Below are positions 53,632 through 64,000 of a stretch of DNA of 64,000 bases, piece by piece. A model generated the notes under the pieces. The model saw nothing but the letters and a program-made list of their open reading frames with translations. It had not been told where the DNA came from and ran no database searches. Both the position numbers and the translations under genes were made by a program. Position 1 is the stretch's first letter. Each line of letters begins with the position of its first letter. Origin of the DNA: Laetmonice hystrix (lineage: Eukaryota); the NCBI GenBank assembly GCA_965235115.1, contig OZ249436.1, forward strand, positions 25,732,001 to 25,796,000, read 5' to 3'.

Positions 53632-55014
53632 TTATTCTGCCCCATTTAAGTAGTGTTCCTTCAGCAAAGGAAAGTTCCCGGTCTGCAGAACCACAAGGAG
53701 GCGATGCCCTGGTGCTCCCTTCTTGGTCATACAGTCAGCCAACTGGTCCTGCCCAGGACACCAGTACACGGTATTAACTTGTCCTGTTTGAAGAGCTTCT
53801 CTCAAAGCACTGATGTCCAGTCGCAAGCGTTTGTCATCCACCATCCTGGTGGAATGAAGTGCCTCAACTAAGCTTCTGTTGTCGACGTAGGCGTGAAGTG
53901 GAAGGGACCTATTTGGAAGCCCTAAGAGCTCTTCTAGCATGCCCCGTAGAAAGATGCCATCCTCCACTCCCTCCAGCAGACTAAGGGCCTCAGCTGCAAG
54001 GGTAGATCTCACGACGCGTTTGATCTTGTTAGCTTGCCATGCCAGAGGACAACACTTGCCCTGTTGTCCGAGAAGCAGAATCACGTGGGCCCCCATACTG
54101 CTGACACCATCACACAAATTGGCATGAGCTGCGTCTGAGAAAATCACTATCTTCCAATTGTCAGGATGACCGATGTCTGGAAAGATAAGTTTGGCTTCCC
54201 CCTCTTTCAATCGACCAATGGCTTTTTGTGTTCTTATGAGGTCTGCAACCGTCCCTTTTCTGAACTTGGTGCTCAGTTCTACCATCTCAAAGGCCATGTC
54301 TGGTCTGGATCCCTGTACGACCCAATTGATGCGTCCTACCAAGCCTCTCAAAAAAGTGAGTTCTCTGGCAGTAAGGTTCTCCTGCTTCTGAGCAGCCCGC
54401 TGGGGAGTAATGGGTTCTGTCTCCATATCCTCTACATACTGCGTTTGGTCGAGGATGAGACCTTCCTGAACTTGTCTCACGTGGAATCCAACATACCTGA
54501 AGTAACCGTGCTCTAACTTTCCTGCCAGGAAATGTCTCCTGAGATTTTCCATCACTTCAGTATCGAAAGCCTGTTCTCCGGCATGGAGAAAGTCATCAAT
54601 GTGGCTGGCGACCATGCCTTTCAGACGTCCCTCCTTTCTCCAAAAAAAGAAGGCAGTATCAAGTGAGGATTGCTGGCAGCTCAGGTCTTCCAGTACCTGC
54701 ACGACACTCAGGAAAAACTGTCTGGCTGCGTCGTTCAGTCCATACAGACATCTCTTCAATTTCCAAAGAGTTCCTTCTGGTGCCTCAGCTTCTCTTGGTG
54801 GAATTAGAAAAACTTCTCTGTCGAGCCCCCTTCCCTGCAGAAAGGCAGACTTTATGTCGGTAGTCTTCACATGCCATCCTCGACTGGCAGCAATAGCCAG
54901 GAACACTCTCATAGCGCTTCTGGAGATCGTTGGTGAATCTGTTCTCATATCTTCTTCTTCCTCAAAGCCTCTGGCTACCAGCCTAGCTCGGACTTCCGTT
55001 CCTTTGTTCCACAT
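53632..55014 (-). CDS. pol: Copia reverse transcriptase (N-terminally incomplete) and RNase H
   Basis: RARLVARGFEE, DIKSAFLQG, LYGLNDA, HIDDF, FSDAAHANL, STLAAE, DNRSL, KRLR and QLADCMTK. The H(V/I)DD and KRLR motifs are characteristic of the GalEa clade. Confidence 0.9.
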   Translation of the reverse strand: MWNKGTEVRARLVARGFEEEEDMRTDSPTISRSAMRVFLAIAASRGWHVKTTDIKSAFLQGRGLDREVFLIPPREAEAPEGTLWKLKRCLYGLNDAARQFFLSVVQVLEDLSCQQSSLDTAFFFWRKEGRLKGMVASHIDDFLHAGEQAFDTEVMENLRRHFLAGKLEHGYFRYVGFHVRQVQEGLILDQTQYVEDMETEPITPQRAAQKQENLTARELTFLRGLVGRINWVVQGSRPDMAFEMVELSTKFRKGTVADLIRTQKAIGRLKEGEAKLIFPDIGHPDNWKIVIFSDAAHANLCDGVSSMGAHVILLLGQQGKCCPLAWQANKIKRVVRSTLAAEALSLLEGVEDGIFLRGMLEELLGLPNRSLPLHAYVDNRSLVEALHSTRMVDDKRLRLDISALREALQTGQVNTVYWCPGQDQLADCMTKKGAPGHRLLVVLQTGNFPLLKEHYLNGAE

Positions 55015-57847
55015 TGACGTTGTAAGAGTTTTTGTTTTTACCCGTCACTTTCCCTGCTCTGCTCAGTATGGTTGCTTTGGTCCAAGGATCAGCTGCACTG
55101 GTTTTAAACTGAATCATTTCATCGCGGTTCATATGTATGCGCCCATCGGCTTCACTGGCACCCGCGACGCGCACGTCCCGCTCAGGTAAGCCGCCTTGTT
55201 GTTGGCCAATGGCCTCTGTATCTTCCTCGTCACCATGCAAGTCAAGGTCTTCAGCCAGGTCTTGTCTGTGACTCATCAAGTTATCAACATTTCCAGTAGT
55301 TCCAGCAATCCTTTCTGATCCTCCCCTTTTGGAGTCACCCGGCCCTTTCTCTTCAACTGTGTTCTCCCTTTCTACTTCTTCATCCTGCGGCGTTTCCCCA
55401 GTCTTAGCCGTAGAGAATTCCTTTCCAGCCTTCAGCAGACGATTGGGGGAAACTCGAAGAATCACACCTCCATGGCGCACAAAGATGACTTTTCCATCCT
55501 GAAGCAGAACCTTTCCGGGCCCTAGCCATCTGTCGTGTCCTTCTCGTTTGTAGAAGACCCTGTCTCCAATTTGGAAGTCTTGCTGGGATGCTCTGATTTT
55601 GCACCGCAAGGCTCTTCTGATCCTCTCGTCTGCCTCAGATTCGATGAAAGCCCTCCGTGCAGCATGGAGAGCATTCAAATGCTTGGCCAACACTTCACTT
55701 CGGGTCTTGCCTCCTAGTGCTGGTGGAGTGTCTGTCATTATGTTGGGCAGATTAGGGTTTTTTCCAAAGACTAGTTGGTAGCTACTGTACCCATGCCACA
55801 TTTGTAAGGAGTTCCTGGCCATATCAGCCCAACACAGCAGCACTTCAATAGGGGTCTGTGGACACTGTTCTTCCAGTTTGAGGAGCATGAGGTCAGTCAC
55901 GGCGTGAATTCTTTCACAGAGTCCATTTTGAAAGGGACTCGGAGCAGCTGTGGTGTAGACCTGTACGTTGAGTATACTGGCTACCTCTCTCGTTTCATCT
56001 GAGCTAAACTCTCCACCATTATCGGTCAAAATGGCCTCCATGACTCCAAACGCCGCACCTCCAACCCAGTGAAGCAGGATCTGATCGATGATTTCACTTG
56101 GTTTCTTTCTGTTAACGAAAACTGAAACGGTAAGCCTAGACCACATATCTACAAGATGAAGAATCCACTTGTTTTTCCACTTCTTCAGGTCCATGGCTAC
56201 TTTCTCATTGAAGGTTGTTGCCATGGGCATCGCTACTGCTGGACGGGGTGGTGTCCGGGCAAACACCTTGCAGAGATCACAACTCTCATAGATCTCTCTC
56301 AGCTCTTCACTGAAGTCTTCTCTCCACACCCCGGCATCCTTCATCAGAGCTGTCAGTTTACTCTCTGGGGGATGGGCAAATTGCCTGTGTAGCTTGAGTA
56401 GGGCATTGTGCCTCTCCTTCTTGTCTAACTCATGAAGTTTCACTGCAAAGACTGTTTGTGCTGTCAATGTCTCTGTCTTATCGATGGGCAGGCAGTAGTG
56501 ACCGGATGAAGTATGGTTGAGCATCACCTTCTTTCCCAGGATTTCAGCTGTGTCTCTCTCCAGGTCGAGCTTGACCTTGGCCTCCTTCATGGCTTTTAAG
56601 GAAAGGAGGAGTGGGATGTCTGAGTTTACCACATCTGTCTTGATAGTGACTTCCTCTCCAACCAACATCGCAGGTAGATCAACAGAGGCTGAAGATTGGA
56701 GAATTTCCCCACCGCCGAATTTAAACACTTTAACTCCTGGCTTGTAGACGACTTTTGACCTGTCTGTCTTCTCCAGTGATTCCAGGTAAGCATCCAGCCA
56801 TCTCTGCCCACATACTGTACTAGAACAGGCGCAATCAAAGACAACACAGTTATGGGCTTCCTTTCCTAGCTGCAACATATCCTGCTTGTTATAGCCAGTG
56901 AAGAGGACCACTTTCTCATCATGATGTCTGCCGTCTTGCTGCTTTTCACCTTTATACTGCTCTTCATCTGTTATACTGACTTTGGCCAAGTTCTCCCAAC
57001 TGTCGGGGCAATCGGCCATCAGGTGCCGATATGACCCACAGGAAATGCATGTCAAGGGTTTACCATCGGGGCCAGCTGGATTCACTCGTCTCTTTCCTCC
57101 TGTGCTTGCTCCCCGCCAGCTTCTCTGTCCCACCCGTGTGCCTCTGGCGCCCCGTCCACCACCTCTGGTGCCGTATGGTGCAGAGAATCGCCTTTTGTGC
57201 ACGTACCCTGCCGCTGCCAACACCTCCTCATTAGCCGCCAGGAAGGCTGGTTCCAGTTTGATGGCTGAACCACTATGCTCCCCATTGTTTGGGGGATGTC
57301 CTTTGAATTTCTTGAGTGACTTCTTAGCCTGGTCATAAAGTGTGTCTCTCAAAGCATAATTCATTCCTGTCAGCACTAGTTGCTTCTCTTCCCATGTGAT
57401 GTTGGCTCGGCGGAGCAACTGGAAAGCTAACACCTCACTAGGTAGCATTATTCCTTTTTTGAGAATCTTGTTGTATTTCTGGTCAAATTTCGCAATAAAC
57501 TCTGTTACAGCTTGACCAGCCTGTCTCTTGCAATCCTCAAATTCTTCATATTTCTCTAAACAGTCTTCCAAATCATCCTTCCCTAACTTCTGATCCATAA
57601 AGGCGATCAACGTTTCCAACCCATCCTCCTGCTTCAACTCACCGAGTTCAAGTTCATCAAAAACTTTTTCACGGACGCCAGATTCACCATCTTCGGGCAG
57701 TGACAATGCTATTGCTATGCCTTGCTTTTCTTTCGGCACGTCTGTCACCTCACGCCAAGCTAAGAGTTCTTGTTTGTATCTTTCGTAAGATTTGCATTTC
57801 AAATAGTCAGGAGGATTAATTCTCATTGCCATGGTGTTGGTGTTCAC
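54983..57847 (-). CDS. gag-pol: Copia Gag-protease-integrase polyprotein (954 aa)
   Basis: Zinc knuckle CISCGSYRHLMADC; protease-like VFDCACSSTVCG; integrase HRQFAH...CDLC, VAMDLK, TDNGGEF and QNGLCER. Confidence 0.92.
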   Translation of the reverse strand: MNTNTMAMRINPPDYLKCKSYERYKQELLAWREVTDVPKEKQGIAIALSLPEDGESGVREKVFDELELGELKQEDGLETLIAFMDQKLGKDDLEDCLEKYEEFEDCKRQAGQAVTEFIAKFDQKYNKILKKGIMLPSEVLAFQLLRRANITWEEKQLVLTGMNYALRDTLYDQAKKSLKKFKGHPPNNGEHSGSAIKLEPAFLAANEEVLAAAGYVHKRRFSAPYGTRGGGRGARGTRVGQRSWRGASTGGKRRVNPAGPDGKPLTCISCGSYRHLMADCPDSWENLAKVSITDEEQYKGEKQQDGRHHDEKVVLFTGYNKQDMLQLGKEAHNCVVFDCACSSTVCGQRWLDAYLESLEKTDRSKVVYKPGVKVFKFGGGEILQSSASVDLPAMLVGEEVTIKTDVVNSDIPLLLSLKAMKEAKVKLDLERDTAEILGKKVMLNHTSSGHYCLPIDKTETLTAQTVFAVKLHELDKKERHNALLKLHRQFAHPPESKLTALMKDAGVWREDFSEELREIYESCDLCKVFARTPPRPAVAMPMATTFNEKVAMDLKKWKNKWILHLVDMWSRLTVSVFVNRKKPSEIIDQILLHWVGGAAFGVMEAILTDNGGEFSSDETREVASILNVQVYTTAAPSPFQNGLCERIHAVTDLMLLKLEEQCPQTPIEVLLCWADMARNSLQMWHGYSSYQLVFGKNPNLPNIMTDTPPALGGKTRSEVLAKHLNALHAARRAFIESEADERIRRALRCKIRASQQDFQIGDRVFYKREGHDRWLGPGKVLLQDGKVIFVRHGGVILRVSPNRLLKAGKEFSTAKTGETPQDEEVERENTVEEKGPGDSKRGGSERIAGTTGNVDNLMSHRQDLAEDLDLHGDEEDTEAIGQQQGGLPERDVRVAGASEADGRIHMNRDEMIQFKTSAADPWTKATILSRAGKVTGKNKNSYNVNVEQRNGSPS

Positions 57848-58147
57848 AGGCTATTGTCTAGAGCTCAAAAACACAATAAGGCCTAATATCACTGGCTTAT
57901 AAGGCACACCTAGTGTCACCACACTGGTTATAGTACGCTGGCTCAGTTTACACGAACAGACAATCCTGAAGTGGAATTGTGGTTACGCAGCTCACCTCAG
58001 TGTTGCGGACACGCGCTTCCCTGAATCGCCCTGTATTATCGCTCACCGTTGTCCACTCGCTTTAACACCGGCTTTCGCTCTTCTCCACACCCACGCTTGT
58101 TCACTGAGCACGGATGTTGTTCCCTGAAGGTCCCTGGCCGGAACCAC

Positions 58148-58159
58148 GCTCTGCTACCA
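58148..58159 (-). promoter_or_regulatory. Primer-binding site TGGTAGCAGAGC (initiator tRNA-Met type)
   Basis: Lies 2 nt inside the 5' LTR end; complementary to ...CUCUGCUACCA. Confidence 0.9.
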
Positions 58160-58161
58160 TT

Positions 58162-58312
58162 TGTTAATGGTTAAAACATCCGTTTATTATCACCTCACTC
58201 GTGTACACACCACGTCCATGCGTCCCCCGCTGTAGTCTCTTCTAGCGCCCTCTGGCGTCCCGGCTGGGCCGCCCCCATGGCCATCTGGTGGGGGACTAGA
58301 GAACTAGTAACA
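58162..58312 (-). repeat. 5' LTR of the copia element
   Basis: TGTTA...TAACA inverted ends; direct repeat of 53261-53407. Confidence 0.92.
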
Positions 58313-61300
58313 GTAAGGGCCATAGTTAATATTGAACACGAATAGAAAGTCATACATGCTCTTTCAATTGAGGCCAAGTTTGATGATGTAGCGTGACGTA
58401 TGATGTCATAATCACGTCATCAATGTTTTCTAGGGCCTATATCTCCTTAACGGTGGAAAATAGAGCCATGGTTACTATTGAACATGAATAGGATGTCATA
58501 CATGCTCTTTCAATTGACACCAACATTTTTTAGGTAGCGTGACGTATGACGTCATAATGACGTCATTGGTATCTTCTATGGCCTATAAGTCAAAAACAGT
58601 GCAAGATAGGACCATAGTTACTATTGAACACGAATAGGAAGTCCTACATGCTCTTTCAATTGAGGCCAGGTTTGATGACGTAGGGTGACGTATGACGTCA
58701 TAATGACGTCAACAATATTTTCTGGGGCCTATAACTCTTAAACGGTGGGAGATAAAGCCATAGTTACTATTGAACACGAATAGAAAGTCATGCATGCTCT
58801 TTCAACTGAGGCCAAGTTCGATGACGTAGCGTGACGTATGACGTCATAATGACGTCATCAATATTTTCTAGGGCCTATAACTCCTAAACGGTGGGAGATA
58901 TACCCATGGTTACTATTGGACATGAATAGGAAGTCATACATGCTCTTTCAATTGACACCTACATTTTATTAGGTAGCGTGACGTATGACGTAATAATGAC
59001 GTCAGGAGTCATATCTCGGTCGTTTTTCAAGATATCAAAGTCAAACTTGGTGGACATGTTGATAGTCACCAACTCTGATTTGACAATGAGTCATGATGTC
59101 ACATGACGTAACGTCATGACGTACAATGACGTCATCAATATTTTGTAGGGCCTATAACTCCTAAACGGTGGGAGATAAAGCCATGGTTACTATTCAACAT
59201 GAATAGGAAGTCATACGTGCTCTTTCAATTGACACCAACATTTATTAGGTAGCGTGACGTATGACGTCATAATGACGTCATTGGTATCTTCTATGGCCTA
59301 TAAGTCGAAAACAGTGCAAGATAGGACCATAGTTACTATTGAACACGTATAGGAAGTCATACATGCTCTTTCAATTGAAGCCAAGTTTGCTGACGTAGCG
59401 TGACGTATGACGTCATAATGACATCATCAATATTTTCAAGAGACTACAACTCTTAAACGGTGGGAGATAAAGCCATAGTTACTATTGAACACGAATAGGA
59501 AGTCATGCATGCTCTTTCAGTTGACGCCAAGTTTGATGAAGTAGCGTGACCTATGACGTCACAATGACGTCATCAGTAATTTCTAGGCTCTATAAGTCCT
59601 AAACGGTGGGAGATAGAGCCATGGTTACTATTGAGCACAAATAGGAAGTCATGGATGCTCTTTCAACTGAGGCCAACTTTAATGATGTAGCATGACGTAT
59701 GACGTCATAGTGACGTCATCAATATTTTCTAAGGCCTATAACTCCTAAACAGTGCGAGATAAAGGCATGGTTACTATTGAACATGAATAGGAAGTCATAT
59801 ATACACTTTCAAATGACACCATTATTTATTAGGTAGCATGACGTATGACGTCATAATTACGTCATTGTATCTTCTACGGCCTATCACTCAAGAACGGTGG
59901 GAGATAGAGCCATGGTTACTATTGAACATGAATAGGAAGTCATAGATGCTCTTTTAATTGACACCAACATTCATAAGATAGCGTGACGTATGACGTCATA
60001 ATGACGTCATTGGTGTCTTCTATGGCCGATAATTCAAGAACGGTGCAAGATAGGACCATAATTACTATTGAACACAAACAGTAAGTCATATGCCATTTTA
60101 TTTGAAGCCAAGTTTGATGATGTAGTGTAACGTATGACGTAATAATGACATCATCAATATTTTCTAATGCCTTTAACTCCTAACTGGTGGGAGATAAAGC
60201 ATGGTTACGATTGAACACGAATAGGAAGTTATACATGCTCTTTCAATTGACACCAACATTTATAAACGTGATAATGACCTTACTACGTCATAGGGACATG
60301 CCCCCCAAGGGATGGGATCCATCGTGGTTTTATCCACGACAGGTCTAGTTATCCCATCCCCAATCCAGGGGATGGGATCTAGAAATTGTGTGGTTTCGGT
60401 TTCCGTATTATTATTTGCGTAGTAGTAGTAGTAAACAATTTGTTAACAGGGTCATTTAACAGGGCTATAACTCGGTCATTTTTCAAGATATCTAAGTCAA
60501 ACTTGGTGGGTATGTTCACAGTCACCAACTCTGATGTGGCAATGAGTCATGACATCACATGACGTAACGTCATCACGTCATGACGTTATTCGTGTTGTGA
60601 ATATTAGGACTGTTTTCAAGGTCATTATGGATACTCTTGAGGAACTCATGACACTGACAAAATTGGGCAAGGACCTAATTCATATTTTGCAAAAATTTTG
60701 ACCTTTGACCTTTGACATGTCTGAAAACTAGGTCAAAGGTCAGAAAATACTTAAAACCTATCTTCTTCCTCAATTTTCATTAAAATTTTATGAAATTGCA
60801 TAGGGATGGTCTCTAACGAGAGCTTCAAAGGAATCCGCTTCGCTACCATTGATTTGACCTATATTCGCGGAGTCACGTGACTTAAAAGTTTTGAACAGTG
60901 GTCAATTTGGCTATCTATTGCTATAACTCATAAACGGTACCAGAAATGGCCATAGTTACTATTGAACACGAATAGGAAGTCATGCATGCTCTTTCAGTTG
61001 ACGCCAAGTTTGATGACGTAGCGTGACGTATGACGTCATAATGACGTCATCAGTATTTTCTAGGGTCTATAACTCCTAAACGGTGGGAGATAGAGCCATG
61101 GTTACTATTGAACACAAATAGGAAGTCATAGATGCTCTTTCAATTGAGCCCAAGTTTATTGACGTATCGTGACGTATGACGTCATAATGACGTCATTGGT
61201 ATCTTCTATGGCCTATAACTCAAGAGCAGTGCAAGATAGGACCATAGTTACTATTGAACACGAATAGGAAGTCATGCATGCTCTTTCAGTTGACGCCAAG

Positions 61301-64000
61301 TTTCATGACGTAGCGTGACGTATGACGTCATAATGACGTCATCAATGTTTTCCAAGACCTATAACTCCTAAATGGTGGGAGATAAAGCCATGGTTACTAT
61401 TGAACACGAATAGGAAGTCATGCATGCTCTTTCAGTTGACGCCAAGTTTCATGACGAAGCGTGACGTATGACGTCATAATGACGTCATTGGTATATTCTA
61501 TGGCCTATAACTTAAGAATGGTGGAAGATAGTACCATAGTTACTATTGAACACGTATAGGAACTCATATATGCCTTTTTGATTGAAGCCAAGTTTGATGA
61601 CGTAGTGTGACGTATGACGTCATAATGACGTCATTGGTATCTTCTATTGCCTATAACTCAAAAACGGTGCAAGATGGGGCCATAGTTACTATTGAACACG
61701 AATAGGAAGTCATAGATGGTCTTTCACTGGACACCAAGATTCATGACGTAGCATGACGTATGACGTCATAATGACGTTATTGCCATGTCATAGGCCCTAT
61801 AGCTTGTAAACGGTGGGATATGGAGCCATGGTTACTATTGAACATGAATAGGAAGTCATACATGCTCTTTCGATTGACATCAACATTTATCAGGTTGCGT
61901 GACGTATCGTATGACGTCATAATGACGTAATTGGTATTTCTATGGCCTATAACTCGAGAACGGTGCAAGATAGGACCATAGTTACTAGTGAGCACAAATA
62001 GGAAGTCATATATGCCCTTTCAATCGAAGTCAAGTTTGATGACCTAGTGTGACGTATGACGTCATAATTACGTCGTCAATATTTTCTAAGGCCTATGACT
62101 CCTAAACGGTGGGAGATAAAGCCATGATTACTATTGAACGCGAATAGGAAGTCGTACATGCTTTTTCAAATGACACCATTATTTATTCATTATTTTGACC
62201 TTTGACCTTTGATGTCAGAGGATGGCCAGATAATTGGCCGTGGGCAACGCGCCAATGACGGCCCGCCCGCCAGTGACCATTGTCCATCCTTATATACTGG
62301 GACGGGGAAAACCGTGAAGGAGGGGATATATAGGGGCACCAATAGAGAGTCTAGGGAAGAAGGAGGAGAGAAAGGATACTATAGTTGACGATGAGGAACA
62401 TATAGACATTGACCGCATGATACATGTATATTAGATGGGTCGAAGAAGACATGTGTGCCTCAGGAATTATTGTTTCAAAACTCAAGAAACGACTCTACTG
62501 ACTTATTCTCCCAACTACCAAAAACAAATGTGAACTGAGTATAGCTGTAGGAAAGAAAAATAGTTATAGGAAAGAAAAAATTGATTGCCAGGCGGTAGTC
62601 TTGTGCTAGCACCGAAGGATCCCCCGGCGCCGCCCGGCGTGGGCACATCCCTCTATATATCCCCACTCTTTCTTTTTGAAGAATTGACAAGAATTATTGT
62701 TAGGCTAACTCAAAATACAGCCACGGGCCCAGGGTTTTCGGCAGAGGGGTCTCGGAAATCGAAATGAAAATGAAAATTGATGTTGATAGATCACCAATAT
62801 TATTGAAACAGTTGTAACTCTGAAAGGGGGCCAGATGAGGACTACGTTTGACGGAAGGGCACGGCCTACATAGTATCGTTACTATTGAAGCCATAATAGG
62901 AATATGTTCTTTCAAAAGATACCAAAATCTATGATGTAGGGTGACGTGTTACGTGACAATGACGCAATTGATAGATGACCAATAATAATTATTGAGGTCA
63001 TATAGGAAGTAATAATATATGCTCCTTCGACTCACGGGCCTATCGATGACATGGAGGTAGTCTAACATGATAATGGATCTATGATTTTCGTTGCCAGGGG
63101 ATGGGATACAAGATGTTGGCCCTAGCCACATCGGCGCTAGTTATTTGCGTAGTAGTAGTAGTAGTAAACAATGTTAACAGGGACAATAAGGGTCATAACT
63201 CAGTTGTTTTTCAAGATATCTAAGTCAAACTTGGTGGGTATGTTCACAGTCACCAACTCTGATGTGACAATGAGTCATGACGTCACATGACGTAACGTCA
63301 GGACGTCATGACGCAAAGGTCAGAAAATACTTAAAACCTATCTTCTTCCTCAATTTTCATTAAAATTTTATGAAATTGCATAGGGATGTTCTCTAACGAG
63401 AGCTTCAAAGGAATCCGCTTTGCTACAATTGATTTGACCTATATTTGCTGAGTCACGTGACCTGAAAGATTTGAACAGTGGTCAATATAGATATATATGG
63501 CTATAACTAAGAAACGGTGCCAGATACGGCCATAGTTACTATTGAGCACGAATAGGAAGTCATGCATGCTCTTTCAGTTGACGCCAAGTTTCATGACGTA
63601 GCGTGACGTATGACGTCATAATGACGTCATCAATGTTTTCCAAGACCTATAACTCCTAAATGATGGGAGATACAGCCATGGTTACTATTGAACACGAATA
63701 GAAAGCCATGCATGCTCTTTCAGTTGACGCCAAGTTTCATGACGTAGCGTGACGTATGGCGTTTGCGTAGTAGATGTAGTAGTAGTTGTAAACAATTTGT
63801 TAACATTTGTTAACAGGGGTCATAACTCGGTCATTTTTAAAGATATCTAAGTCATACTTGGTGGGCATGTTGCCAGTCACCAACTCTGATCTGACAATGA
63901 GTCATGACGTAACATGACGTAACGTCATGACGTCATGACGTTATTCGTATCGTGATTATTAGGACGGTTTTCAAAGTCAATATGGATACTTTCCAGGAAC

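Larger units (their letters stand above)
53261..58312 (-). mobile_element. Ty1/copia LTR retrotransposon, GalEa-like, inserted in a 146-bp monomer
   Basis: LTRs of about 150 bp at 53261-53407 and 58162-58312 (two substitutions seen, plus an eroded left terminus); GTAA on both flanks; domain order gag-PR-IN-RT-RH; PBS present. Confidence 0.95.
42439..63740 (+). repeat. 146-bp tandem repeat (satellite-like) arrays inside family-B bodies, roughly 70-80 monomers by rough estimate
   Basis: CCTATA recurs at 42535, 42681, 42827 and 42973 (period 146). The monomer includes CCATGGTTACTATTGAACA, ATAGGAAGTCAT and GCGTGACGTATGACGTCATAATGACGTCAT. Confidence 0.95.
42439..64000 (+). mobile_element. Family-B Helentron array: 3' ends at 44158, 45986, 48529, 50669, 52963, 60349 and (variant) 63141; heads at 44162-44424 (x4) and 60350
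   Basis: Repeated tail CCCCCCAAGGGATGGGATCCATCGTGGTTTT(CA/AT)CCACGACAGGTCTAGT, followed by (TAT)nTTGCG(TAG)n body starts. Confidence 0.9.

Noticed and set aside
53653..57338. Plus-strand ORFs overlapping the copia element, and antisense ORFs over the LINE and PLE
   Set aside because: Shadow frames of real coding sequence with no motifs of their own.
42439..64000. Autonomous Helitron/Helentron Rep-helicase gene
   Set aside because: No HUH or helicase motifs and no long ORF in any body; the mobilising enzyme must be encoded elsewhere.

Overview
Eukaryotic, TE-saturated DNA, probably from an aquatic invertebrate (inferred from the TE clades only). No host gene, RNA gene or CRISPR array is supported. 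The scaffold of the window is a cluster of non-autonomous Helentron-type (HINE/DINE-1-like) elements with this layout: 5' hairpin 'head' ATCCCATCCCC-loop-GGGGATGGGAT, (TAT)n linker, (GTA)n microsatellite, core, 146-bp TGACGTCA-rich tandem repeats, 3' GGGGATGGGAT + stem-loop + CTAGT. They occur as stacks of heads followed by runs of headless bodies. In the stack at 44159-52963 the TAT counts at the junctions add to a constant only under last-in-first-out pairing, which points to repeated site-specific insertion of these elements into their own head-body linker (Russian-doll nesting). This is the main finding. Inserted into or between them are the 5' end of a Ty3/gypsy-like element (gag, PBS, LTR), a GalEa-like Ty1/copia element with both LTRs and an internal RT deletion, a decayed CR1/L2-type LINE, a decayed Penelope-like element, two inverted Ginger1-like elements with CCGG TSDs, and several Harbinger-like and unclassified TIR elements. 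Most short ORFs in the track are repeat artefacts.
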